Shown: positions 1 to 9,806 of the stretch, one piece after another
Layout of the letters: each line of letters opens with the position of its first letter
Numbering within the stretch: position 1 is the first letter of the stretch
Source of the DNA: a virus
Lineage: Duplodnaviria; Heunggongvirae; Uroviricota; Caudoviricetes
IMG/VR virus record: IMGVR_UViG_3300014204_000107
Coordinates: 43,468 to 107,467 of that record
Length of the DNA: 64,000 nucleotides
Reading direction: 5' to 3' (one strand)
Translations under genes and position numbers: made by a program
The notes under the pieces: model-generated
The model's database searches: none
What the model was told of the DNA's origin: nothing
Seen by the model: only the letters and a program-made list of their open reading frames with translations

Positions 1-12
1 ACAGGAGAACTA

Positions 13-258
13 ATGGTATATATTGACACCGCAGACAAGCGTGGTTGGTCACATTTAATTGCCACCTCAATAGAAGAATTGCATAAATTTGCAATTGGTA
101 TAGGACTTAAACGAGAATGGTTTCAAGATAAACCAGGACATCCGCATTACGATGTTGGAAGAACATTGAGAAAAATAGCAATTACTAATGGTGCTAAATC
201 TATTTCTAAGAAAGAATTAGTTTTGGTACTTGAACAATATTATGCATTGCAAAATTAA
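13..258 (+). CDS. DUF4031-like phage protein (GWSHL...ELH.FA..IGL...WFQ...HYDV motif)
   Basis: ORF track; motif pattern recalled for the DUF4031 family; start may lie upstream of the window. Confidence 0.4.
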   Translation: MVYIDTADKRGWSHLIATSIEELHKFAIGIGLKREWFQDKPGHPHYDVGRTLRKIAITNGAKSISKKELVLVLEQYYALQN

Positions 259-289
259 TTAATGGAGGTGAAAACAACTGCAATACCGG

Positions 290-470
290 GTGCGCAACTG
301 GTATAGTGATTAGTTTAAAGTCAAAGCGGGAGTGGCTACCCTTGTAGGTTAAAATCCTACATCACGTGCAGAAGTATTAATTAATTGCAATGTGTTTTGG
401 TCTCGATTACAGTGGTCTGGCATTATACAATGTTGGGGTTCGAATCCCTCTATCGAGCAAAGTTAATGGT
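290..470 (+). ncRNA. tRNA-like elements: element 1 has a T-arm (GTAGG-TTAAAAT-CCTAC, 344-360) plus acceptor-3'-like tail; element 2 (402-458) has acceptor (CTCGATT/TATCGAG), D-arm and T-arm (GGGGTTCGAATCCCT) but only a 9-nt linker where the anticodon arm should be
   Basis: Manual folding; ORF-free 230-nt gap; neither element folds into a complete cloverleaf. Confidence 0.3.
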
Positions 471-489
471 TACAAATTAAATTATCAAA

Positions 490-1854
490 ATGACAAAAAG
501 AGAGCAGTATGCTCATCTTATAATGGATGAGTATCGTAAAGAAACGGCGGATCAAACGTCTTTCTTATCAATTTTTATTAAATCAACAATAGGATATAGC
601 CATTTAGTTGATTTATTAAGAAACAAACGCATTGCAAAGTTCGAAATGATTAATGCTAAATTGCCCATTTATATGAGTGGTGCAGGATTTGTATTTGAAG
701 ATGCAAAAGTAGTAACAAAAAAGAAAGCAGCTATTGCGTCATTAAAAAGCAATAAAAAAAGCAAAAGTTACCGTAGGTTTTGTATTCAAAACAAAACCGG
801 ACTATTTAAAGTAGAATTGCTTACTGGCGAAGTTATTATATGGGTAAGCTACTATTGGGGCATGGGTAAGATAGAAGAGTTGGAATGTATTTTATGTGGC
901 AAGGAAAAGGATGTACAAAAGCTATATACAATTATAGATAAACAACGAGACAGGCAAAAGAAGCCAAAAGTTGGCGTACATTATGCATATTCTGATAGTG
1001 CAGGCATAGTACATTATGATGAATTAGATTATCCGCTAACACCAGTTATTCACCCAATATGCAAAGATGTAGCACAGCATATTGATTTCTATTTTAACAA
1101 TGTTGAAAAATATTGCATTAACAATAGGGCAGGAAATAAAAACGTATTAATATATGGTGAGCAAGGAACTGGTAAATCATCATTGTTATACCGGATTGCC
1201 GACAAATATAAAAATACACATTCAGTTGTGTTTTGCGGAGATATTGTAGCAGTATATAAACATTGTAAATTATGTGCAAAATATAAAGTACCCACTATAA
1301 TCATATTTGAAGACGCTGAAGGTGCGCTTAGTGATAACAATAGTGCTATTAAGAATTTCTTATCGGGAGTTGATACACCACGCAATATTGCTGGATGCTA
1401 TACTATTTTTACATCTAACTACCCAAAGAAAATTGAAGGAACAATTATTAAACGCAAGGGGCGTATTGATAGGTTATTTGAAATGGGTAAATTAGGTGGT
1501 AAATTTCTTGAAAAATGTATTAGGCTATATTTTGACCCATATGTAAATGACGAATATAGGGAAGAAATTTATGGATATTTAATGGAAAAGACATTAAGTG
1601 GCAGTGAAATAATGGTATTAGCTGAAGAATCTCTAACGTCAGCAGCAAAGGATGGTATTTCTACAATAGAACCAAAGCATGTTAAAGAAATGTATGCAAC
1701 TTGGGTGGATGAATTTGAAAAACTTAAAAATACTAAAGACGACGCATCTGATTTGGATAGCGGAAATAAACGCAAATTAGGGTTCGCAACAAATGCGTCT
1801 AGCATGCATATGACAGCAGCAGATGATTATTTTGCAGATGTTGAGGCATTTTAA
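490..1854 (+). CDS. AAA+ family ATPase (Walker A GEQGTGKSS, Walker B IIIFEDAE)
   Basis: Walker A/B motifs in translation. Confidence 0.6.
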   Translation: MTKREQYAHLIMDEYRKETADQTSFLSIFIKSTIGYSHLVDLLRNKRIAKFEMINAKLPIYMSGAGFVFEDAKVVTKKKAAIASLKSNKKSKSYRRFCIQNKTGLFKVELLTGEVIIWVSYYWGMGKIEELECILCGKEKDVQKLYTIIDKQRDRQKKPKVGVHYAYSDSAGIVHYDELDYPLTPVIHPICKDVAQHIDFYFNNVEKYCINNRAGNKNVLIYGEQGTGKSSLLYRIADKYKNTHSVVFCGDIVAVYKHCKLCAKYKVPTIIIFEDAEGALSDNNSAIKNFLSGVDTPRNIAGCYTIFTSNYPKKIEGTIIKRKGRIDRLFEMGKLGGKFLEKCIRLYFDPYVNDEYREEIYGYLMEKTLSGSEIMVLAEESLTSAAKDGISTIEPKHVKEMYATWVDEFEKLKNTKDDASDLDSGNKRKLGFATNASSMHMTAADDYFADVEAF

Positions 1855-1945
1855 TATTAATAATTCGATTTTTTTAGATAATTTAATACTTATTTGTTTA
1901 ACCATCACAGGAAAATATATGTATTAAACAATTTGGAGAAATTGA

Positions 1946-2497
1946 ATGAAAAGAGCAACATTAATGGGAAACAAGATTCCCTACGAATATTTCATTACCA
2001 AAGGAAAAGGTGAAAGTGATATCACAACCCACGCTGGATCTTATCATCTAGCGTTGAAAGAAGCTGGTATAGAAAAATTTAATATAATGACTTATTCGTC
2101 AATATTACCCAAACAAGCAAAACAAATTCCTAATTGCCCAAGATGGTTAACATTTGGCGCTGTAATGGATACCATAATGGCATGTGCAAATGGAACTAAA
2201 GGTGAAACTATTAGTGCTGGCATTATTACTGGCTGGTTATATGATACTAAGGATGTTAAATATGGCGGATTAGTATGTGAACACAATGGTAATATAGAAC
2301 CAGATAAATTGCGTACTAATCTTTATGCAAGTTTAATGGAATTATATGAAAATGGGTTCAAGCAAAAGGGTTATAATCTAAAGTATATAGATACAATGGT
2401 AGAATCAACAACAATAACAAAAGAATATGGTACGGTTTTATGTGCTATATGCTTTGTAAATTACTTATATCCAGTCTTTAAAAAAGAATTGGAATAG
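1946..2497 (+). CDS. pdaD: pyruvoyl-dependent arginine decarboxylase-like (PvlArgDC fold; self-cleavage-type NIMTYSSILP serine pair)
   Basis: HAGSYHLALKEAGIEKFNIMTYSSILP closely parallels the archaeal PdaD cleavage-site region (…AGIGNVNLIRISSIMP). Confidence 0.55.
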   Translation: MKRATLMGNKIPYEYFITKGKGESDITTHAGSYHLALKEAGIEKFNIMTYSSILPKQAKQIPNCPRWLTFGAVMDTIMACANGTKGETISAGIITGWLYDTKDVKYGGLVCEHNGNIEPDKLRTNLYASLMELYENGFKQKGYNLKYIDTMVESTTITKEYGTVLCAICFVNYLYPVFKKELE

Positions 2498-2513
2498 ATA
2501 TACGATTAAAATA

Positions 2514-2546
2514 AATGGTTGCATAATTATATATGCAACCATTTTT
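2514..2546 (+). terminator. rho-independent terminator (ATGGTTGCATA-loop-TATGCAACCAT + T5)
   Basis: 10-bp perfect stem followed by T-run directly after the stop at 2497. Confidence 0.6.
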
Positions 2547-2553
2547 GTGACTG

Positions 2554-3000
2554 ATGATTGAAGATAAAAATATAAACATTCACCGCAGCAGACTGGACTC
2601 TAAATTTACCGTCGGTATAATTTATAGGGGGCACGAGGACTATAAAATTGTCAAGCAACAATTTAATAAATATGGTCTGGCAGCAATGGATACGGAGCAT
2701 AGAATTATATTCATTGATGGTGAAGCTATTAAAGGATTAACACAAGGTCATTTATACTTTATTGAGGCACATGAAATTGTACATTATAAATTAAACCATA
2801 CAAATCCAATGACAAAAGAAAAGGAAATGGAAGCTGATTTTGGTGCATGTTTATTATGTAAGCATAAACAGTTAATTGATGCATATAATATTGGTATTAG
2901 CCAATTTTATTTAAGAAATAATGTTATGTACGGCACATATAATAAATTATATGGTAAAAATATTAGAAAAAAACTTAATTTTGCGGAGAATATGATATGA
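2554..3000 (+). CDS. hypothetical protein with HExxH motif (EAHEIVHYKLNH), possible small metallopeptidase
   Basis: HExxH in translation. Confidence 0.4.
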   Translation: MIEDKNINIHRSRLDSKFTVGIIYRGHEDYKIVKQQFNKYGLAAMDTEHRIIFIDGEAIKGLTQGHLYFIEAHEIVHYKLNHTNPMTKEKEMEADFGACLLCKHKQLIDAYNIGISQFYLRNNVMYGTYNKLYGKNIRKKLNFAENMI

Positions 3001-3323
3001 ACGAATTAGATGATGCTTTAGATAAATTATATACTATAACTGAAGATGAACAAACTAATCAAATTAAGCAACAACCAATTAAAATTGGAACTGCTAATTT
3101 TACAGTAATGGTGGTTATTAGTGATAGCAAAAAATTAGTAATGCAGTTTATACCGCAAACATCCATGGACTTAGATAATGCAAATAAAAATCCAGCAATG
3201 TTTTCTGCCATATCACAGAAACTTAAAGAAAGGGGGTTAGTAAACTATTATCTTAAACATGCTGATAGTGCCGGGTATGCATTTGAAATAGATTTGTACC
3301 AGTTACCTAACATATTGAGATAG
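2997..3323 (+). CDS. hypothetical protein
   Basis: ORF, overlapping start/stop with neighbours (ATGA). Confidence 0.4.
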   Translation: MNELDDALDKLYTITEDEQTNQIKQQPIKIGTANFTVMVVISDSKKLVMQFIPQTSMDLDNANKNPAMFSAISQKLKERGLVNYYLKHADSAGYAFEIDLYQLPNILR

Positions 3324-3325
3324 AT

Positions 3326-3829
3326 ATGAGTAAACTATATTGCTTTGACTTCGATGACTCAATTGCTACTACAGACGCAAGAATTAAATTAACAAATAAA
3401 AATAAGTCGCGCTATTTAACACCCCATGAATTTGCAGATTATAAGCAACAGCCAGGTGACGTATTTGATTATAGTGAATTCCGTGGTGAGTTACGCAATC
3501 CACAAATAATTGAAAAGTATTTTGAAGTATTTAAAAAGATATTTAAAGCAGTTGGTGATAAGTTAGTAATATTAACTGCCAGGGGAGATGCAGCACCAAT
3601 ACATAAATTTCTTGCTTTGCACGGACTAACAGGTATTAATATTGTAGCATTGGGTGCTTCAAATTCACCACAAGAAAAGAAAGATTGGATTGAAAAGCAA
3701 ATTATAAACGGGACGGATGACATATTATTTATGGATGATTCAATTGAAAATGTTATGGCAGTGCGGAGTTTAAAAGAAAAATATCCAAAAATAAAATTAG
3801 ATGCGCGAGTTATAAAACAAAAACATTAA
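3326..3829 (+). CDS. HAD-superfamily hydrolase (motif I FDFDDSIATT, motif IV FMDDSIEN)
   Basis: DxDx(T/S) and DD motifs. Confidence 0.55.
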   Translation: MSKLYCFDFDDSIATTDARIKLTNKNKSRYLTPHEFADYKQQPGDVFDYSEFRGELRNPQIIEKYFEVFKKIFKAVGDKLVILTARGDAAPIHKFLALHGLTGINIVALGASNSPQEKKDWIEKQIINGTDDILFMDDSIENVMAVRSLKEKYPKIKLDARVIKQKH

Positions 3830-3831
3830 TA

Positions 3832-4143
3832 ATGGAAAAGGAATTTAGAAAAGAAAAATTTACAGTAGCATTGCTTACATTAGATAAAGTAGGAGACCAT
3901 ATTAATGTGTCATATGATATATTTTATAATAAAGTAAACATTGGTCATGCAACATTTGCATCCCATAAAGATGGTCCAATTAGTGGCAGAAACATAATAG
4001 AAATAAAATTAGATAAAGAAGCATTTGAATTTGATACATTACATTTTGTTCACCCAATAATTAAACGGCAAGGCGTATCTTTCACAGAAGATAATATTAA
4101 ACAATATATAGAAAGCATACTATTAGATGAAAACAATTCTTAG
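3832..4143 (+). CDS. hypothetical protein
   Basis: ORF in operonic context. Confidence 0.4.
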   Translation: MEKEFRKEKFTVALLTLDKVGDHINVSYDIFYNKVNIGHATFASHKDGPISGRNIIEIKLDKEAFEFDTLHFVHPIIKRQGVSFTEDNIKQYIESILLDENNS

Positions 4144-4708
4144 TTATTCAATTATTGAGCAAGCATTAAAGAAAACTAATTCAGTTACTGCGGCAGCTCG
4201 ACTATTAAATGTATCATACAATACAATAAAAAAGCATACTAAAGCATTGGTTGATTCAAATAATATTAGTTTATTTGATAAGTATAAAAATAAGACTGGC
4301 AAAGGCATACCACATAATAAAAAAACATACAAACTTAAAATTGAACAAGTTTTAACAAACCAAATAAAAGATTATCCGTTGTGGTTGCTTAAGAAACAAT
4401 TAATAAGACTTGGCATGTTTAAGGAAGAATGTGAATTATGCGGATTTGATGAAAAAAGATTTACAGATGGTGAAATTCCCCTACTACTTTGCCAGAAAGA
4501 TGGTGATAAAAATAATTATCAAATAGATAATTTAGAGTTACTTTGCTATAATTGCTATTTTTTAACAGTTGGTAATATTTTTGGCAAAGGTATAACAAGA
4601 AAAAATGCAACAATAGCGCAACTTGAACATAAATTAGATAGTGCAATCGAGGATATTGATTTTGACCCTCGCAGAGATATTAATTGGGAGACGATTGACG
4701 ATGAGTAA
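4127..4708 (+). CDS. putative DNA-binding protein with N-terminal HTH-like segment and C-terminal Cys cluster (CELCG...LLCQKDGDKNNYQIDNLELLCYNCY; HNH-like fold lacking His)
   Basis: Motif inspection. Confidence 0.4.
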   Translation: MKTILSYSIIEQALKKTNSVTAAARLLNVSYNTIKKHTKALVDSNNISLFDKYKNKTGKGIPHNKKTYKLKIEQVLTNQIKDYPLWLLKKQLIRLGMFKEECELCGFDEKRFTDGEIPLLLCQKDGDKNNYQIDNLELLCYNCYFLTVGNIFGKGITRKNATIAQLEHKLDSAIEDIDFDPRRDINWETIDDE

Positions 4709-4985
4709 ACAATATGATGAATTAATGAAAGAGTATTTTAGAAGCAATGTTGAATTTAAAAAAACTCAATTTGATACATTGCAAGCTAAATGGGAAAACA
4801 CCCACCACCCGGAAAATCCTGTGTTTGCACAAAGAGTATTCTGGATTGCATTTTGTACTAAAGAAGGCAATTTATCTGTTGGGTTTAAATTAGATCTTCG
4901 GCGACCACCATACTGGATATTACATAAGCAAATTGACCCAAAAAAATTTAGAAGCGAAATATTTGAAATATGGAAAAAACAATAA
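4701..4985 (+). CDS. hypothetical protein
   Basis: ORF; start moved to ATG overlapping upstream stop. Confidence 0.4.
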   Translation: MSKQYDELMKEYFRSNVEFKKTQFDTLQAKWENTHHPENPVFAQRVFWIAFCTKEGNLSVGFKLDLRRPPYWILHKQIDPKKFRSEIFEIWKKQ

Positions 4986-4986
4986 T

Positions 4987-5328
4987 ATGGCAAAGAAAGT
5001 TAAACAACAATTAAAGAAAATACTACATAAGGGCCCCGAAGACTTAATTAAAAATGTCTTCACAGAATCAAATATAGATGTTGCAAGTATAATGCTTGAG
5101 TCAATTGAATTTGCAATTGAACATGAATTAGATGTTGCCCCACTATTTGAATTATGTTTCACTAAAGATGGCAAAACTGCATATGACGATATGCCTGTTC
5201 AATTTTATTGCATCAACAGTGAATGGAAAGATGGATTAAAATACCTTAATAATATATTTTTAACACAGGAGCAGTATGAGTATTGCGGAAAAGTTAATAC
5301 ATTATTATCTAAATTGGAGAATAAATAA
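4987..5328 (+). CDS. hypothetical protein
   Basis: ORF. Confidence 0.4.
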   Translation: MAKKVKQQLKKILHKGPEDLIKNVFTESNIDVASIMLESIEFAIEHELDVAPLFELCFTKDGKTAYDDMPVQFYCINSEWKDGLKYLNNIFLTQEQYEYCGKVNTLLSKLENK

Positions 5329-5876
5329 TGGCATCACAGGGTCCGTACTCCCCAGGTAGCACGTTTGTTGAGTCTGCATTAGGATCGGTGGTGTGGGACA
5401 GCCCGGATAATGTAAAAGTAGATGATACTAATTATGCAACAGCATCTTCCGCGGTCAGTGGGTTTACAAAAATATTAAAAGCATATAATTTTGGCTTTTC
5501 AATACCATCGGACAGCAGGATATCCGGCATTAAAGCCGAGGTTAAAAAAAAAGCAGAGACGGAGAATGTTACTGATTCATGGGTGATATTAACTGGCGGG
5601 TCGAATTTGTCTACTGGTGCTGAATGGCCTGCAGTGGAACAATATGTGACGTATGGTGGTGAAACGGAATTATGGGGAGCAAGCTACGCGCCAGAATATA
5701 TTAATGACCCGAGGTTTGGATTTAGGTGTGGTGCATTGTTAGGCATAAATGCCACGGCATCTATTAATCACATACGATTAACAGTATATTATACATCTAC
5801 TAAATATGTTGTATATGATGATCCAGATATGCAATATGTTGAATTTGAAAACCAATATGTGATATATGATGATTAA
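5328..5876 (+). CDS. hypothetical protein
   Basis: ORF. Confidence 0.4.
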   Translation: MASQGPYSPGSTFVESALGSVVWDSPDNVKVDDTNYATASSAVSGFTKILKAYNFGFSIPSDSRISGIKAEVKKKAETENVTDSWVILTGGSNLSTGAEWPAVEQYVTYGGETELWGASYAPEYINDPRFGFRCGALLGINATASINHIRLTVYYTSTKYVVYDDPDMQYVEFENQYVIYDD

Positions 5877-6421
5877 AATGGGTTTTCATACGACCCATTC
5901 ACATCCCCGAAGCAAAGAACGGGTATGTTTTTCACCACATCAGCACTACTCATAGTAACTATTCTATTCCCATAACACCAATCTCCTGCTGGAAACTCAG
6001 TGACCATCCCAGTAAATCGTTGGGTAACCAATAGACTGTCATTGCTATTGATAATTCCATTTGCATCCACGTCCGCCGCTGCTATTTGTAATGGTGTTGT
6101 AAGAACGCTGGAGGTTCCTCCGACATACTGCTGTATCACTATTGCATCAGTACTATTAACTCCTCCCCACGAACAAGTAATATTAAAATTAATATTATAA
6201 TACCCATCCTTTACATTATTAAAAATATAATAACCGCTACTGTCTGTATTTGCCATTGATGATGTTTGGCTACCAGTTATTAATAATATCTGCTGGTTTG
6301 CATAAGAAGTACTTACTTCGTTTTCATAATATATTTGGCCAGAAATATTATGGGCTGAGTATGTTAGCCAATAGCTTCCGCTATGAATAGTTATACCGTT
6401 GTATGTGATGTAATATTCCAT
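5873..6421 (-). CDS. secreted/surface protein with dockerin-like Ca-binding repeats (DVDANGIINSNDSLLV; GDVNGSYENP)
   Basis: Dockerin/EF-hand-like DxDxNGxIN repeats; convergent with upstream gene, divergent from the fibre gene. Confidence 0.45.
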   Translation of the reverse strand: MEYYITYNGITIHSGSYWLTYSAHNISGQIYYENEVSTSYANQQILLITGSQTSSMANTDSSGYYIFNNVKDGYYNINFNITCSWGGVNSTDAIVIQQYVGGTSSVLTTPLQIAAADVDANGIINSNDSLLVTQRFTGMVTEFPAGDWCYGNRIVTMSSADVVKNIPVLCFGDVNGSYENPF

Positions 6422-6492
6422 GAATTCGTTATTTATAATAAATATATTGATTTAGAATTTATAATGAGATCAGGTGAATTTAAATAATTATT

Positions 6493-7902
6493 TTGTACTT
6501 TTACCATATATATTTATTAAAATCACAAACTGGATCATTTGCAACCACAGCATCAAATTCTTTTACAGGAAATCAAATTGTCAATGGCAATATAATATCT
6601 ACTGGCTCAATATCAATGTCTGGTAGCTTAAATTTAGTTGGTAATGCAAATATTAATGGCACACTTACATATGTTGGTAAATTAATGCATAGAATTGTTG
6701 TCAGCCCATCTGGAAGTTTCACTACACTAAAGGATGCAGTTGATTACTTTAATGCATCAGCCGCATCTGATACAGAAATATTATTAGATGCTGGGATCCA
6801 CTTAATTACTGATACTGTAACTGTTAATAATTCTAGCTATTCATTGCAAATACGAGGTCTTAGTTATGGGGTGACAGCCTTACATGCTGCTACCGGTTTA
6901 ACTAATAAACCAATGTTTAATATAAGAAGTCACTGTGATATCAATAAAATAACAGCATCTGGGGCATCATTACTAAATTATGGGACTGCCCCGACTGAAA
7001 ACTTTATTAATTTTGATACCACCAATGCAATATATTCAGAAGTTACAGATATTTTTATTGATACTTTTAATATAGCAATATATGATACTGCAGGTACCAA
7101 TATATTTATATTTAATTTTGCCATGTCTGACTGTACTACTGCCGGAATCAGAATTAATACTGCAAATAGTAATGCATATTTGGATTGTGAAGTCGGTTCT
7201 TTTGCAAACAATGCAATTTCTATAGATCTATTGAAAGCAAACACTGGCGGGTTTTTAATCGATACATCAACATTTAATAATAGTAGTGGGCAAACATCAA
7301 TAAAATATACGGGAGGGGCTGGTAATTATATTAATGCTGGTGTATGCCAAATTACTGGCTGTTCGTATAATGGTGTAGGAACATTTATCACCGGTTTTGA
7401 TTTTTCTCTTACAACTGGCAGGGATGCCAACATTATAGTTATGTATAATACTGGTGAAGAAAATAAAAACCCACATGCAAAAATAAATGTTTTAAATAAT
7501 TCTTCATCCGTTGTCATTCCTGGCAATAATATATTTATCAAATCAAATTTCACGGCGTCATCAACTTATACTACAAAGTGGACGATAGAAAATAATAGGG
7601 CAATCTACCAACCATCAAATGTAAGGGATGCATTGATGTGGATCAATGCAAATGTTATTTGCACCAATCAAAATAATAGAAACATTGATATTGGAATCGT
7701 TAAAAATTCATTGACTTCTTCTGGTATATTTGGTCAAATGACTTGTAGAGCAGCAAATTCAGCTGAAACATATCCAATTAGTACAAATGTATACCTTGAA
7801 GATTGTACAAGTGGAAGTTATTATGAAATATGGGTTTCAAGTGCTAATGCAGCTGATCAAATAATATTACAAGATATTAATTGGTTAATTGAAGCAAGAT
7901 AG
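6493..7902 (+). CDS. tail fibre / receptor-binding protein, predicted right-handed beta-helix (N/T/S/G-rich repeats)
   Basis: Composition and repetitive NxT/SxS pattern typical of pectate-lyase-fold fibres. Confidence 0.5.
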   Translation: MYFYHIYLLKSQTGSFATTASNSFTGNQIVNGNIISTGSISMSGSLNLVGNANINGTLTYVGKLMHRIVVSPSGSFTTLKDAVDYFNASAASDTEILLDAGIHLITDTVTVNNSSYSLQIRGLSYGVTALHAATGLTNKPMFNIRSHCDINKITASGASLLNYGTAPTENFINFDTTNAIYSEVTDIFIDTFNIAIYDTAGTNIFIFNFAMSDCTTAGIRINTANSNAYLDCEVGSFANNAISIDLLKANTGGFLIDTSTFNNSSGQTSIKYTGGAGNYINAGVCQITGCSYNGVGTFITGFDFSLTTGRDANIIVMYNTGEENKNPHAKINVLNNSSSVVIPGNNIFIKSNFTASSTYTTKWTIENNRAIYQPSNVRDALMWINANVICTNQNNRNIDIGIVKNSLTSSGIFGQMTCRAANSAETYPISTNVYLEDCTSGSYYEIWVSSANAADQIILQDINWLIEAR

Positions 7903-7916
7903 AATTTTAAAATAAA

Positions 7917-7945
7917 AAAAAAAGCCTGCAACAGCAGGCTTTTAT
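7917..7945. terminator. bidirectional terminator (A-run, GCCTGC-AACA-GCAGGC, T-run) between convergent genes
   Basis: Perfect hairpin flanked by A10 and T4. Confidence 0.6.
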
Positions 7946-7962
7946 TTTATAGAATGTTTATA

Positions 7963-8466
7963 TTAATTAGATCGAATTACAGTATTTGCTGCATCTGCTA
8001 ATGCATTTGCAACGACATCAGGCACTCCGTGTGCTTTGCAATATTCAATAACAGCATCCGCAAATACGTCTTGGTCCACCATATAATCTAATGCAGTATT
8101 CCAATTATCAGTCACAGCAAACTCATCATTGCCAGCAAAAGCATTTATTGCATCTTCTTCACTTTCAAAATCTTCAGCATCAAATCCTAAACTAACTTCC
8201 CATGCCTCACCTGTACCGTCTTCTTCTACAATAGACATTTTACGCATTGACGGTTGTTTCATGCTGTTGGGGTCTTGTGCATCTACTGCATCCTCAGTAT
8301 TTAATTTTTGTATGTCTTCTTTAGTAAGAGGCTTGATATATTCTCTCCCCGTAAGCATGCTTACTCCTTGTGGAATATGAAACCCAAGGGATGCATTTTG
8401 ACTAATAACTGAGTTACATAACTCAAATGCTTCTTTTAATATTTTTTTAGTGTCTGGTGTTGGCAT
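7963..8466 (-). CDS. acidic hypothetical protein
   Basis: ORF; ends before the bidirectional terminator. Confidence 0.45.
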   Translation of the reverse strand: MPTPDTKKILKEAFELCNSVISQNASLGFHIPQGVSMLTGREYIKPLTKEDIQKLNTEDAVDAQDPNSMKQPSMRKMSIVEEDGTGEAWEVSLGFDAEDFESEEDAINAFAGNDEFAVTDNWNTALDYMVDQDVFADAVIEYCKAHGVPDVVANALADAANTVIRSN

Positions 8467-8544
8467 TGTATGCTCCTTTTATATTATACGAAAAATAAAT
8501 TTGGATAAGTGAAAATTTATACTTACATTTACTCGTAAATATAT

Positions 8545-9327
8545 ATGGTTAGGATGAAAATTAATCGATTTTTAAAGCCAATAGTAAGATTAACAAACAA
8601 TGAAAGTGCTCCAACAGATCCTCTTTTGGATGCCCAAATTGAAGAATTCTTATTTATTCACCATAAACATAACAAACTATTAAAAGAAATACGAAAGAAA
8701 AAAATTATTCGTTTCTTTAAATACTATAAGATTTATACATTGAGAATTTTATTGTATTTAGCTGTTGTTGTTTTTTTGGCTTGGCTAGCAATTATTAAAG
8801 TATATCAACCAATTATTATTCGTGAACAAGCAAAAACATATACAAGAGAAATATTTATGGCAAATTTAAAGCCATTTATACAATTAAAAAAAGAGGCGCG
8901 CGCGAGGGAATCATCTGGCAATTATAATAAGATTCGATACAATGATGTAGGAGTTCCAACTGCTTGGGGTGGGTACCAATTTACTATTAGTGGATTTGGT
9001 GCTTGCAGAAAAGCCGGACTGGATATAGGAAAAATAGGGTTAGCATTCTTTATGGAACACCCAGAAATGCAAGATATATACTTTATGAAATTGCTTGAAC
9101 TAAATAGTAAATCCCCTAATTTAATACCAATTATAAATAGGTGGCACATGAAAGAAAGATCTGGCATTAGTGGTACTATTACTGAAAGTGGTATATTAAT
9201 GGGGGCACATTTAGCGGGTGAGCAAGCAGTAATTGATTACTTTAATAAAGGCATTAATAGTACAGATGGTAATGGAACTCATGTATCATCATATATAGAG
9301 CAATTTTCAGGTTATAGATTAAATTAA
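8545..9327 (+). CDS. membrane-anchored hypothetical protein
   Basis: ORF with hydrophobic segment. Confidence 0.4.
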   Translation: MVRMKINRFLKPIVRLTNNESAPTDPLLDAQIEEFLFIHHKHNKLLKEIRKKKIIRFFKYYKIYTLRILLYLAVVVFLAWLAIIKVYQPIIIREQAKTYTREIFMANLKPFIQLKKEARARESSGNYNKIRYNDVGVPTAWGGYQFTISGFGACRKAGLDIGKIGLAFFMEHPEMQDIYFMKLLELNSKSPNLIPIINRWHMKERSGISGTITESGILMGAHLAGEQAVIDYFNKGINSTDGNGTHVSSYIEQFSGYRLN

Positions 9328-9332
9328 ACAAA

Positions 9333-9734
9333 ATGAATAAAGTTACTAACGAAAACATTACAGAGTTGCAGCCAAATGAAATATTTGTATTTGGTTCTAA
9401 TTTGGGGGGAAGACATGGTGCGGGGGCAGCAAGATTAGCTATGCAATGGGGCGCAGAATACGGAAATGGTGTTGGATTGCAAGGGCAAACTTATGCAATA
9501 CCAACATTAGACGATGATTTATATCAGTTAGACTTAGCTATTATGGCGAAATTTATAAATCAATTCTTAGATTTTGCCTATGGCAATCCTAATTTAACAT
9601 TTTTTGTAACTCAAATAGGTTGTGGGTTAGCAGGGTTTACTCCATGTGATATTGCGCCAATGTTTGAAGATGCAATGTATATGGATAACGTCATGCTCCC
9701 TCAGTGCTTTATTGAAGTAATTGAGAACATATAA
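9333..9734 (+). CDS. hypothetical protein with Gly-rich Rossmann-like motif (FVFGSNLGGRHGAGAARLA...GQTYAIPT)
   Basis: Motif only; family not identified. Confidence 0.4.
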   Translation: MNKVTNENITELQPNEIFVFGSNLGGRHGAGAARLAMQWGAEYGNGVGLQGQTYAIPTLDDDLYQLDLAIMAKFINQFLDFAYGNPNLTFFVTQIGCGLAGFTPCDIAPMFEDAMYMDNVMLPQCFIEVIENI

Positions 9735-9806
9735 GAAAAAATCGAATTGACTTCACTATATATATATTACAGCAAACAACGTACAAATAAAAATATAATA
9801 TTGAAT

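Noticed and set aside
290-470. Phage attP carrying tRNA 3' halves
   Set aside because: No integrase or recombinase is recognisable in the window and element 2 includes a 5' acceptor strand. Kept only as a low-weight alternative.
1089-1385. Minus-strand ORFs nested in large + strand genes (for example 1089-1385, 2092-2286, 3469-3723, 6978-7244, 31159-31473, 31480-31764, 51896-52288)
   Set aside because: Fully contained in longer, motif-bearing + strand genes. Typical antisense shadow ORFs in AT-rich DNA.
8129-8380. 83-aa + strand ORF inside 7963-8466(-)
   Set aside because: Shorter, Ser-rich low-complexity translation. The minus ORF is longer and its 3' end abuts the bidirectional terminator at 7917-7945.
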